A DNA stretch of 56,298 nt, filler included, from Platydemus manokwari (lineage: Eukaryota): NCBI GenBank assembly GCA_037951405.1. It is 5 parts of 5 records of this genome, joined end to end, with 100 filler letters (N's around TTAATTAATTAA, not from the genome) between each part and the next. Parts side by side here need not be neighbours in the genome. Positions count along the whole stretch, not along the records: positions 12,715 to 23,701 come from JBBMOY010996637.1; positions 23,802 to 33,238 come from JBBMOY011249652.1; 3 more parts are not named here. The stretch is one strand, 5' to 3'. Under the pieces are notes generated by a model, which had not been told where the DNA came from, did no database searches, and saw only the letters and a list, made by a program, of their open reading frames with translations. Position 1 is the stretch's first letter. Each line of letters opens with the position of its first letter. The position numbers and the translations under genes are program-made. Of this stretch, positions 12,760 through 26,010 are shown one piece after another.

Positions 12760-14644
12760 TTTTCCATAATATTGGCATTTCTAGTAATAAATTCTTCATA
12801 AGATTCTTTGATTATATTTTCAATTAATAATTTTTCTTCATTGATAATAACTGAAATAAAACAATTATTTATGTGATTATATATATAATAGATAAATTAT
12901 TGAATTAAAAATAATTCATTGAAATACTTTTCAATATGTTGGATTGTAAATTCAATTGGCTACCAATAAACGATTTCCACAAATCTTCACAATTATCATT
13001 AGCCAACCCATCATTATAAATCGAGATTCGAGGATAAAAGCGTTCGGAAAACTATATGTCAAGGTTAATTTAAATTTATTTCAATAAATCAATCAATATA
13101 AAAATCAATAAATAAATCGATAAATCAATTAATATATAGATTGATTTATAAATAATAAACACACACTTTTCCATTGGGTCCATTGGAAACAATAAAATGA
13201 TTTTTAAATCGAAACAAAACATTGATATCCATTAATTCCCACAAGCCATATGAATATCTTTCAGATTCTATATTTGATATAAATTAATTAAATAATATAT
13301 ATAAACATATTGTTTACCATTTTGATGATTGGAATTGTTTATCATTTGTTCAAAATCATCATCATTTATATCACTGATAAACACAATAACGACAATATCA
13401 AATAATAATTATCAATAATTTCTTACTTATCAAACTCATTGATGGCATCCTTATCATTGCCGTGAAAAGATTCCAATCCATCTATTTTATATATTTAATT
13501 AATATTCTAAATAATACAAATGAATACCATTTCGAATCTGGCAAATAAAATCTTGATAAACATCATCAGATTTGTTATATTGAATAGAATTATTTGATTT
13601 AGTAATTCGTTGTTTTAATGGTAATGTTCTACAATTGGATTTACAAAACCTTTTCACCATGTATTGTTTGATATGTTTTCGACGTTCATGATTTTTATCC
13701 AATGATTTCGTTATTGGTTTATCGAAAATGATACAATCTTTCGATTTATCATTCAATCCTACAATTCGAAAGATATTTTACATTTTATACAAAATTAAAA
13801 TGACATTTATTTTAAGCTGTATAACAAAAATATATTAAATTTAATTCTTATAATTTTATTAATATTTCAATGAAAAAACAATACTATTTACAAACATACG
13901 AATTTTGAGAAGAGGCAAATGACAATCTTCTTTTAATTCTTTTAAAAAACAAAGAATTAATTTTACAAAACCATCCAGATTTATAACGATATCAACTGAT
14001 CTATTCAAAACGATTTCTTTCACTATTTTATCATCCCAGATATTCGTCTAAATAATATTAATATCCAAACATTGAGCCAACAATACCTTTTGATACATAT
14101 CGATAAGAATATCCTTATCTTCTGAAAATTGTGTTTCATTTAGATTTTCAGGAAAATTCCAAAAATTCTACTTGAATTAAATTTAAAAATTAATTATAGT
14201 TATGTAATAAAATCGCAATTTTAACAATTGCAAATATATAATTTAAAAACAATATCACATAGCATTATACTATTTGAATACTCAACGTTTATATTAACAA
14301 TTGTTTGTGATGAATGGGACAAACTATTACTTTTTCTAATAATATATCACTATAATCCATTTTAATATTTTCATTCAACAATTTTTCATCGTATGATAAA
14401 ACTGGACCACGTATATACAATGGTGGTATGCGAATAATTCGCTTTCTTACTCTCTGCAGAAATGATGAAACGAGAAAATCATAAGTTTTATCAAAATGTT
14501 CTCTAAAATGATAAAAACTAATAAAGAAATTAATAAATCATTTTATACTTGAAATTAATATCTACTTCTGGTTGACAAGAGGTTTTGATAAAATTATCAA
14601 ACTCGATCAATAATTGATCATGGGTTTTTAATAATAATGACTGC
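12760..14644 (-). CDS. ICE2: ICE2/NARG2-like little elongation complex subunit (partial, about 10 small exons)
   Basis: Exons read: LLIEFDNFIKTSCQPE / FLQRVRKRIIRIPPLY...ILLEK / EDKDILIDMYQK / IVINLDGF / HLPLLKI / CIIFDKPITKSLDKNHERRKHIKQYMVK / YSYGLWELMDINVLFRF / DLWKSFIGSQLNLQSNILK / VIINEEKLLIE. Order and motifs recall ICE2 (I.I.SPL...RERN and the NARG2_C Y.LW.L.D..LL.R motif). The 3' end runs into the gap and the 5' exons were not found. Confidence 0.6.
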
Positions 14645-17600
14645 TGAAAAGCAGAATATTGAATATGAGTTTTATAATTAAATGGCACTAAAATTCTGTT
14701 AAACATTAAATGTTAATAATGTTGAGATAAATTTTTAAAAAAAAATTATAATAGTATATTATTAAAACGAATATTCTGAATTTAAAAAAATTTCAAAATT
14801 CTATCCATAAAAAATTATATAGTTACAATGGAATAAATATTTTCAATTAAAATTGAGTTTTACATACAAGTATATTGTAAAAATAGTTTTTGATATTATA
14901 TTCTCGAATTCAGATTTCTAACTTCTTAGAGTTTGAAATCATGGTTCAAATCACTGATTCAGACAAACAGCATATTTTTAAAGTCTGAATTATAATTTTC
15001 TTTATATTTCAGTTGTTAATTTTTTGACGTGAATTTTGTGTTAACTCAACAGATTTTCTAACACTGAAACATGTGAGATTATGTGATAACAATCACTCCA
15101 AAAATAAGAATATAGTAACTTAGGTATGCATTGATTTTTAACATTAAAAATTCAAGAATAACAAAATATACTCATAAATAATAGTCATAAAATAATTTGA
15201 AATTTTTAAATAATGATAACAACGAATTTTCAGACAAATGTGTCAAAATAAGAATATAGAATCACAACATATCACATGTTCATTAATAATAAAAAATTAC
15301 CTGGAAAAAAATAATCTTAAAGAAACAGTAGTAACCAGTAATATATTTTTCAAATATTCATAAAATTTTTGTTAGAATATTGCTGGTTTATGACTTCATG
15401 TGAATACTCGGAAGCCTTTGTCGATCAAAAATATAATTTGGAAAAATACAATCTCATTCATTATAGAATTTTTATATTCCTTCACGTGAAAGATGAATAA
15501 GCCAATTTCTTTCTATCTTTGTTTGTCTTGAGTAACTCTATAGGATGAGTAACTAATATAGGATGGTTGGTTGAATGACAGTATTCAAGGTTCTTCTTTG
15601 AGTTAAGATTACCCAATCAACATATGATAAGTGCAATTACAACCCATTCAAAATATAACATACTGTTACAACCTACTCAACATATATTATATATACAGAA
15701 TTGTCCACCACATTCATGAACATTCACCCTATAAACACAAACATTGAATAAACACAAATCGAATTTAATATTCAAACTAGCAATCAGCAAATCCGAAAAA
15801 GGGTAATGAATGTGCGAATTTACCCACAATCCATATTCAGTGTATTGTTAATAATTGACTGTAAGTGTGATTAATTTGTGTTTCGTTATTTAATTACTTG
15901 ATTATGATTTATTTGTGTGTTATATTAAAATAATCTATGACAATTAATATTTTGTTTTCATTTATTTGTACGATAACAGAGATGAGAAGAAAAGCGAAAG
16001 AATGAAAATTAAATAGATAAATAAAGTAATAAAAATAAACAAATAGTGTTAATTAAGAAAAATTAATTATTCAAGAATAAAGAAACGTATTCAAAGAATA
16101 CATAAATTATTTCAAGATCTAAAAGACATACATCGATCAGCTAGTATAAATAGCCGATTAGAAATGAGTTTACTTACTCGATTTCTATCAATCACTAATC
16201 ATCGATTACTGGCTGTTAATTATCGAATTAATTATTGATTATCAATTACCGAGTGCAGTAATTCACTTCAACTTATATTGGATATAGTAAGAAGATTTCA
16301 ACCGACAATCAAGATTTGGTAATATTTCACAAAATTTTGATTGAAAATTTCAATGAGCGAGACACAGATCCAAGAAGAAAAACAGATTTTGAATATTTAA
16401 ATTCAACTATCAATAAAACAGAGTGGAAAATGTTGAATTCTTTTTTAGTGTTATCTTTTGTATAACATAATCATTTACAGATAATCATTTTAATTTATGA
16501 TAAATTAAATAGGTTTGTCAGTTTTATAATTATCACCGAGTTAATTAATACTCTTCTGTAATCCTCTTCTGCATCCGCTTTCGGACTGCCACAACTCACT
16601 TTCGAGCCCCGTTGGGGATTGATACTAATTATTTATTTGTGTTATATTTCAAAATTTTGCATGATTTTGTTTAATAACAAATAAATTTTTGCATTTAAAT
16701 AGTTTTAATCCTTATAATAACAGAGTTAAAATTTTTGAAATATACTACATATTTTGACAGTTTAAATTATAATTTAGAATAGATAACTCAGGATTACACT
16801 CATTCTTATAATAATAATAAGGCTATTAAATGAAAAATCATTATCAAATTATGACAGTAATCGTATAAAAGCAATAACGACACTATTAGTAAATAATATC
16901 GCGACTAGATTTTTCAGTTAAATAATTTCCAATAGTGTGGTATCAAATGCCCACTATTGAAGCCCATTCAGATCCAGTGAGAAATAACGTTTAAAAATTA
17001 AATACATCAATCAAAAATAATAATAAAATAATAAATCAAAACAAAAAATTATTTTATTTAATATTTGGTTTATATCTGCAGGATTTGTTGAAGATTAATT
17101 TGACTTAAAATTAATCTATTAAATAAATAAAATAAATAAATCAAAAGACAACGACTTTTATAGAATAATTCGCTATTGAATTAAATTATATTCGATGCTT
17201 TATAAAAATTAAAATATTAAATGAATTAATTTAGTAATCGAACAATCATTTCTTAGGTTTTAGAAATTCACACAAATTATTTTAGTTCAAACTATTTTAT
17301 GGAAGGGAGTGCTAAAATTCGATCTTACTAATTATATAATAATATTTTAGAATTCTAAAAAATCCACACTTTAAATGTTTTTTCGTGGTTGAAGAATATC
17401 TAATACTACCAGTAATTCCTTAATCGATTCTTGTGAATTATTTTCAGTTTACAGCTTCTATTCCCCGGTAATCTGATTACTAGATTCATGTTGTTCCATG
17501 TTTAATATTATTGTATTAAGATCTTTTTTGTCGAGATTTTTAAGAACGAGAGCTCTAATTTTTTCAGCTTATTTATACTATTTTGGAAGTGGAAATTCTA

Positions 17601-19699
17601 TGTAAGAAATTTAAAATATTTTTTTCCAAATCGATTTAAAAATTAATTTTATTTTTTATAAAAAAATTCATTCTATTTTTTATAATTTTTGGAAAATTAG
17701 GTCTATTTAGTTTATTAAATCCTATAATTTTTAGAATTTCTATAAATGCTAATATTTCCATTGAATTAATTTTTGCAATTCTATAGTTAATTTATATAGT
17801 TATTTTTGGAAATATTTTATAGGTTAATTTAAACTATTCTAATTTTTTTGTAAATTAATTTTCTATTATTTTTTAGATGCTTTATTAATTATTTTTGTGA
17901 TGTTCAATTTTAATTTGAATATTGATTTCATTATTGAAAAAATTATTGTTAAAAATTCTATTAAGCTAATACATATACATTTGAAATCAATGAAGGACTT
18001 GAATTGCACAAAAGATAAGAACCAGATTGGAAACATGCAAAATCAAATAGTAAAATCAAAATCAGTTAGATAAATCCATTGTCAAATTTCTCGTAAATGT
18101 CCACACGCTTGTGAAGCTCCTACCACCTTGAAAAAAATGATTGTCTCTCAGTTTGATTCTTTCAATTTTTTCATCCTTGACAGGTTTTTCATACTTGGTC
18201 CCAGACGGTACACAGTGCTATCTGAATTACATCCGTTGTCCGGCTCTTACTGTTTTGTCTTGGATGCTTGTGCTTACAGTGCCTTCTAAACATAACGAAA
18301 TTAATCTTAATGTATAAACCAAATATAACCCTTTGAAATTTAAATATTAATCTTATCGAAAAGTACAGTAAATATATGATATACTTATCGGGAAGGGCGT
18401 AACATGGGTAAGTTGGTACTATATTCAAACAGGGGTAGATAATTAATCTTAAAATGTAAAATTACCCATGACCGTCAACCCTTACGAATCATGGGAGAAA
18501 AAAATGACAAGATACGCAACGACATCAAAGAAATACAGATTAACGAGTAAAGAAAATGATAGTGAGAAGAAAACTCACAACACTTAGCAACAATTGATCA
18601 ACCAGAAAAATGCTGGGGAAAGTTAAAGAAAAGAAGCTAGGGTGTCAATACACATGCCTTAAGTTTTGAACCTTGAATAAGTTTCATTATTATATTTGTT
18701 AACTATACTTTGTAATAAATTGTTATCCTATTTTTGATTTTCAACATCTGTTAAATGTTTCTACATCATACTTTTTAAAGTCATAATAAAATTTCAACAA
18801 AAGCAGCTTTACCTTCGTTTTAACTATGATGCAAAATATTATCATTATCTTCACAAAACTTTTTAAAAATTTTACAATTTCTGATTATTTATGAAACCAA
18901 ATATATTCAGGAATTCTTTGATCCCTGCGTTGAAGTACGAACTCCGTGTTGAATCCCTTTCAAAATAATTTTCAAATACTTCAACTAAAGTCTCTTGTTT
19001 TTTATCTCTAAGGAATAAAGCAACCATGTTTTGTGTATAAATCAATAGCAAGTAAATATATTTATATTAGATTTTATTGGCATAGCAACTATATTTCCAC
19101 TATAAGTGTTGTGGGGTTTTGGTCCTATAAGTTAGTATTCCCAACACAAGTAAGTTCGGTAAGGTTAATCGGATTTAAATTAATCCTCTCGAATATCAGT
19201 TTATTATAAACCAACTATTTATTATAAAAACAACTATTGATTACTATAACAATTATTTATTATTTAAATTCAAAAAACAATTATTAAAAAATAAATCAAA
19301 AGTAAAGACAAATTTGTAAGAATAAGCCGCTATTGACAACTAATACAAAACAACTATTTATTGACAATTTATTTAATTAATAAACCATTTCAATACTCAG
19401 TTTATTTATTTCCAAACAACCAAGATTTTAACTCTCGCAGATGATGGTTTGTGAGTGGTCGATTCGAATTTAACGAAACGAACCTGTAGATACTGATTTT
19501 AGAGAAGTATAGATTTTAAAATATATTTATTTCAGCTTTTTCTATCTTCGCACCTTCGAGTTTATTCGGTTCTGTCGTAGAATCAAAAATTGCCAATTTT
19601 CCTTTAATTGACGCCATGTTATTAATTTCATATTCTTCGTCTTTGTTCTAAAATATTTTCTGTAATTGCTAAATCTTTGGCTTTTCTACCTTTTCTCGT

Positions 19700-21080
19700 G
19701 TAATGCTTACTACCAGGAGGAGTTAGAAGATGAATCCCAAGAAAACACCATTTCCAATAAATATGAATAATACTGTTTCACAAAGATTTAGTTTTAGTTT
19801 ACAAAGCACTTTGAACTTTACATGAACTTATGACCGAGATAGAGGTACTAATTTTCAAAAACTATAGAAGAACATTGTAAAATCTTTTGGACATAGAAAT
19901 GATATTTAGAAAGATGTTAATCACTGAAATGAAGATATGGTCCCTAGAAATACATGTGACACAATGCTTGAGTAAACACATGAATACAGACAAAGGAAAG
20001 TTTTATATATATATATATATATGTATAACTTACACCAACAATGAAGAAGCAGTCGAAAAAATGATTTGAAGTCTAATTCGTTTTAAAATACGGAGAACTA
20101 AAATAAATGCACGTAGATTGTGGTAAGTGCTTTGGAATAATAAAGAATCAAAGAGATGCGTTTTAGTACGGGGGCAAATATAACATTCTCCAGTTTCTAT
20201 TAGTATAATGCGATTGGATTAATTAAGTGACTATTTAAAACGATAAGAAACTATATAAATGCAATAGTAAAAGGTAGATAGCACAGAAACTGGGTTCTAA
20301 TATTACTAAAAATTTAATTCACTTTGAATGCTATGATGCAAATAAACGATTAGTAGTTGATTTTAAATATTTTGGTTCGCAGGGGCTTCAGTAACCGGTA
20401 TAAAGATCAAATTACTGGGAAAATTATTTGTTGAAGACTAAAGGCCTGTTAAGCAGAGGAACTGTCGTTGCTCTGAGTCTGAAAACAATGAAATCGTGAA
20501 TCTCGAATGAAACCGAATTGCTTAATAGTTATGGTTTAGATAATATAATGATAATCGGTTTGTTAACTCTTCGATCAATCTCCTTTACTTTTTAAATTGA
20601 AATCAATATTCGTTACACGTTATAATTGGTTGAGACAATGACTTTTATTAATAATGAAAATGGAACGTAACAGTTAATATGAAAAATAACAAAAACAAAT
20701 TAGTCAAGTAACCAGTGCCTTGCTTAAACAATTAACCGGTGAATCTGTAAGACGGACGAAGCCGATTAATGAGTAAGGAGATGGTTATTATCGACACCGT
20801 TATAATGAATTATACAATTGAAATATGGTAACCAATTATAATTAATAAAGTTAATAATGCTCTTTAATAAAATGTTAATTAGAAAATGATGGGACTTAAC
20901 TTTTAAAAATCGAAAGAACCCTTACTGTAATAAGTCCTTGAAATGCAATCGATTAAAATTTCGGCGTAAACTACACTTTCAATGTTGAAATAACAAAAAA
21001 TCACCGTTGTCGAGTAAATTCCAAAGAAAACCTGAGTTATACGATGTCGGTCTGCTTCGATATCAACGTATCGTAAAAGG
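19700..21080 (+). mobile_element. Possible very old non-LTR retrotransposon relic (RLE-type, NeSL/R4/R2-like)
   Basis: Eroded motifs in the expected order: SPVSISIMRLD (about 20187, cf. LSPxLFxIxMD), TGIKIK (about 20393, cf. GLKIN) and HRCRVNSKENLSYTMSVC (about 21002-21058, cf. CRxCxxxETLxHILxxC). Confidence 0.3.
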
Positions 21081-21774
21081 TGTGTGTTCGAACTAACTGG
21101 GTTCATTGTAATTATAGGCGCTTGCGCCCTACTACTGACATGTACCTGTCTTATTTGTTTATCTTAACTGTTACTGAAAATTAATTACCCTAACTAACCC
21201 CATTGTTTATTTATTATCTGTCTATTCATTATTAGTACTTTTATGTAGTAATCTTGTATAACCATTTTATATTTTTAATATATGTTAATATACTTTTTCT
21301 ACTTATTCTGATTATATATTTCTTTTATTAATATATTTTCCATTAATACGCTCTTTCTGGTTATTATTAATCTTAACTTAAATATAATTTTACTACATTA
21401 TGTTACTCTTTATTTATGCTTATTATTCTGTGTCGATGCTCATCCCCCATACTCATATTCTCTGCTCCGCTTATAATACGGTTACATAAACCATAATAAT
21501 AAAATATATAATAATCAAAAACATTAACATAATGTAATTTCAAGCCATATCAAAAAGAATATTAACATATTGTAATTTATTGTAATTTCGAGTTATAAAA
21601 GGCAAAGATTATATTAAAGAACATAGAATATTTGTATTGGATAATTGGTCGTCAAATATCAATTCCAAATATTAATTCCACCGTCATCATTATTACCAGG
21701 AATACTGTTGAGCATTGCCGACTCGGGTTGTCCATTATCAAGGTGTGGTGTATGTTTTTTGTACTATAACTACC

Positions 21775-21888
21775 TATATACACGGGTTATTTGTAATTGG
21801 GTTTGTTTATTTGATGAGCAGATATTTTGTATATATACACGGGCTATTTGTAATTGGGTTTGTTTATTTCAAGAGTAGGTATTCTGTA
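21775..21888. repeat. Two-copy tandem repeat, about 57-bp unit
   Basis: tatatacacgggYtatttgtaattgggtttgtttattt occurs at about 21775 and 21832, each followed by a similar tail. Confidence 0.9.
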
Positions 21889-22007
21889 ACTGATGAGAAG
21901 ATACTATTGGGTTGGTGTCTCAACAGGCATAAAAAAATGTATACTCATAATCTTTCGGAGTCATCACACAAAAGATTGAGCTACTGTTTTCAAAAACCCA
22001 ATACTTT

Positions 22008-23500
22008 TTAGAGGGCTTCGATAAACATGTCCTCATGCTTTGACTTTTTACAGATTGTTTCAAATCGATCCAATTTCTTTCTCTTGTTTCTGTTCTTGAC
22101 CGTCCGCTGGTTGAGTTACATTGTCAATATCCACTTCCATGTCTGTCTATGTGTGAATTTTCTAGAATTTGGAATTATTACAGAATTTTTTCACAATGTC
22201 CTTTCTTTTCTCTTTTTTTAGATATTGCTCAGCGTCTTGCCATAATTGCTCAAATTCTAATTGATCATTTTTTCGGTCATTTTCCTCATGTTATTGTGCT
22301 TTCCTCCATAGTTGTTCTAAAACATTTTGATTTTCCTCTATTAGATAATATTTTTCCATTTCCATTATCTAGCTCCATGGACTCCATGTTGTCAATGATC
22401 ATGTTTATTTCTGTTCTTGATTGAAAATCATTACAATTGGATACCGAATATATAAAATATTCCAAGTAACACCAAATAAAACAATGATTTTACAACAACG
22501 CAATTTATTCAAAATTGACCTTATCAAACTTCTGGACAAGGACACGGTTAATAAACTCCTTCCCTTGGAGCAAAACCACCTTCAAAGATTGTCAGATAAA
22601 ACTCGATAGTATAAATATTAAAGATAACTATAGTATTGATCAGCTTTTTATGTAAAGATCTAACTCGCATATGCGAATCGAATTAACGGCTAACACGAAT
22701 GGCTTCTGACAAATATGAATGATGGACTTGAACAGTTATCTTCTTTAGTGGTTTCGGTAAAATGACTACATTTTATACACCGATATCAACAAATGTTTCA
22801 AGATTGTTAGCAAATTATCAAGTCAACCAAGACTGTTCTGCATAAGCTATTGTTATGGTCGAATTATTTGCCAAAATAATTGTTACATTGTCGGTCAATT
22901 TCACAACATTATTGAAGGGTGTCAGTAAGCATGTCCTCATGCATTCTCATCTTTTCTTTGTGGTCTGATTGTTCAGTGGATTTCCTTTTGACTGGTTTTT
23001 TGATTGACTTTGCATTACCGACTCCCCGTGGTCGTCCGGGTTGAAATTCTACTGCATTTAGATTCAGATTTGATCTTTCTATAATTTCTCTTGTCTTTTC
23101 TTGCTCAATGTACTGCTCTGCGTCGTTCCAAAGTTTCTCATACTCATATTGATAATTTATTAGCAATTCATCTTGCATCTGAGCATCGATCCATAATTGT
23201 TATAAAAATATTTGGTCTTCCTCCGATAAATCGTAATTTTGTTGACTCGGAGATTCATTATTGATGTTCTCAATACTGCAAGAGGAAAGATTATCATGCA
23301 TAATTACTTTCTCTGAATTCTCGAAATTCTCTCATCATTTTCTTCCAGAATTTGTCTCTTTTCTGGCTGAGAAAATGTTCTTCAGCCCATCTCAATTCCC
23401 AAATTTTTCCTCTGATTCTGATTATTGTTTTTTCTGTGTGGTAATTTTCTTCGACCCACTTAAAGATGTTAATGGTGTTGGGGTTTATAAGTTTTACTAT
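22008..23500 (-). pseudogene. Two diverged tandem copies of a decayed unknown acidic ORF
   Basis: Copy A (about 23500-22909): QLWIDAQ...YEYEKLWNDAEQY...HEDMLTDTLQ*. Copy B (about 22400-22008): EQLWRKAQ...LEFEQLWQDAEQY...HEDMFIEAL*. Both have internal stops or frameshifts. Confidence 0.55.
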
Positions 23501-23620
23501 CGGTCCTTATTCTTTCCCAACTTATGTTTTTATTCGTCTTTTAACACCTGACTCCAAAGGTACTGTGTAACTATGATTTGAAAACAACGAGTTATTATTA
23601 AAAGTTTATTAAAGATATAT

Positions 23621-23701
23621 TTGGATGTCAAACTCATAAACCCAGGTCTCATCACCAGTTACAATGCGTTTTATAAATGTGGGGTCGGAATTGACTCGTT
23701 C
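23621..23701 (-). mobile_element. Mariner transposase fragment (first catalytic Asp motif)
   Basis: Translates ERVNSDPTFIKRIVTGDETWVYEFDIQ. It is cut by the gap on one side and truncated on the other. Confidence 0.9.
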
Positions 23702-23801
23702 NNNNNNNNNNNNNNNNNNNNNNNNNNNNNNNNNNNNNNNNNNNNTTAATTAATTAANNNNNNNNNNNNNNNNNNNNNNNNNNNNNNNNNNNNNNNNNNN
23801 N
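23702..23801. other. Assembly gap with TTAATTAATTAA spacer
   Basis: 44 N + ttaattaattaa + 44 N. Confidence 0.99.
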
Positions 23802-24842
23802 TACAATAAAAATTATTACACATTTTATACGTACTGTCGTGCAAATATTGTATACATATTTTTCAATGTAAAATCATTTTTTTAATTAACTAGTTGGACC
23901 AGAACCCCAACAAAAAAATTTGAAGGATTTTAAAATCCGATTTAATATACATATTTCAAGAGCCTTTAATTTTATAATTTCGTTTGGAACCAAATCGTTT
24001 AGCTGTATTTTTCATATCTCTTTGGTTCTAAGTATTGCTATTTAACTATGAGTGCAAGACTTCACTAATATTTTGGTTTCTGGAAGTTAACAATAAATAA
24101 TAGAACTAGAAAGTTATACTTCTAACTATTATCCAGATATAATCGACGATTAGTCTGCTTTTATGCTCGTTGTGGCGACGTGATAAGTATTTGTGACATT
24201 TCCACTGGTAGACAAGGGTTTTCATTGCAGTTCTATATTTTGGAATTTTTCAATCGAATTGTTAGATTTTTAATTCAGAATTTTGTAGATTTTTATTATG
24301 GTTGCTTGTACTTAATTTTATTTTCTTATTGGATGACGTCTATGTGCGTAACTGTGGATGCATGTCTGTGTTTAAGGTTAAAAATGATTTTTGAGGCAAC
24401 ATAGTTATTATTTGTGCTTCATTTACCAAACTTTGAAGTGATTTCCTACTTTCGAATGTTCTGCTCCAAAAATCTCTAAATTTTTAAATTGATTAATAAG
24501 CAAAATAAAATATATTTTATTTAATTTTAAAAGTCAAAATTCATGATGAAATTTAACTACGGATTAAAGTTTACCATGTAACTTAATCCAATATGTATGA
24601 TACGTATTAGGCTTCAAAAATCTTAAAATTTAAAGTAAATCAAAATTTATTCATAATATTTAAAAAATTAAGAAAATCAATACTAATAAAGTAAAAAGAT
24701 CGTTTGTTGGCATCAAAATTTAGTGTTTCAAAAGTAACACGTGTTTTTCGGATATTTAAACTAATCAAAATATCTAAGATAAATCTAACTAGTAAATTTA
24801 AATATAGTTAATTATCCAAAGAGTAGGATTAAATTTAATCTT

Positions 24843-25545
24843 AACGCTATTAGCCATCTTGATTCTTATTTAACCAACTCAATTTTCGTAAGGAATCTTT
24901 AAACAGACTCATTTAAATGTATTGGATTACCGAAACTTGTATTCTAATAGATAATCCAATGTAAGCGAATCTGGTACACATTTTTTACAAAGTCAAGATT
25001 ATATAGAAGATAGTCTGATGTGGGAAATGTTCTGGAAGACCACAGATTCTTACTTAATTGAGAAAATTTTATTGGGAAATGCCAGATTGATCAGAAAGCG
25101 AATTATGATTCACAAATCGGAATTCTTATAATGATTGTCGGATAGCTTGATTCTCTCACTACTATTTCAACCATTCGAATTTCAGAAGGAAACTTTAGAA
25201 AAGTATCTATGCAAAATATTCACAAATCTGCTCGGATCTGGCACCACTAACAGATTGATGTACCTATTAAGGTGCATAATAGCTCAGACTTACAAGTTAC
25301 TAGAGATTAGTCAGCGTTTTTATGACTTTTGCTCAACAGAAAGTTGTAATAATTCATTCACCAGGTCTTCATTGATTTTCAAGTTTTAGATATTTTAGAA
25401 TGGGAAGGCAATACTGTCATTCAAGCTAGCAGCATCCCCGAAACTATTATTCAGTTTTCACCGTTCTTTGGGTCATCCGCATTTCAACAGGTGGTGGTTA
25501 AAATTCGCACAACTCGGTGCACCGATTAGCAACAACAATTGAAAT
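24843..25545 (+). pseudogene. Probable endogenous viral element: N-terminal part of a Mononegavirales-like L (RdRp) gene
   Basis: SHLDSYL near the start (cf. HLxSP[LI]); an almost continuous frame of about 190 codons from 24961 with four stops, ending LFSFHRSLGHP (cf. the conserved L region I ..R.WGHP); then VKIR in a shifted frame. No introns. Confidence 0.5.
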
Positions 25546-25807
25546 CGAGGACTTTGTTGAGTCCACATCAAACTCTAAATATTGATTATAAAACCATTAG
25601 ATAATAACATTCATTCAAGATTAACTTTTTTCTTTCTTTTTAAACAAAAATTTGCAGTTCTGGATCTTTATTTGACTTAGAATCCAACCTAAAAAATATT
25701 TACCGAAAATCCTGTTTTTGTGATCACATGAGGTCATGCTGTTGCTTAACACGATAAGTTATTCCGTTAAAATGTGTTTATATATTGAAAAATTTAACAT
25801 TTTAATC

Positions 25808-26010
25808 CAGGGGTCTCCAAACTTTTTCAGCAAAGGTCCACATTGCTGATTTTTTAAAATTTGGAGGACCAAAACTATGATAGGTTTACAAAAATTGTGG
25901 TTCAAAATGAGTAGTTGAAATCATCAATAAGTCATTTAAATGTTCATCAAACAACCGTGACCTGTAGCAAGATTTTTGTCATAATGTTCGCCGTACTTTG
26001 GAGACCCCTG
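25808..26010. mobile_element. hAT (Charlie-like) MITE, 203 bp
   Basis: Perfect 14-bp TIRs CAGGGGTCTCCAAA / TTTGGAGACCCCTG and a perfect 8-bp TSD TTTTAATC (25800-25807 and 26011-26018). Confidence 0.95.

Noticed and set aside
21107-21486. TGTAA...TTACA-bounded segment as a solo LTR
   Set aside because: No matching target-site duplication and no second copy in the window.
21890-21925. CTGATGA followed by a possible hairpin (hammerhead-like)
   Set aside because: No GAAA box after the stem and no stems I or III.
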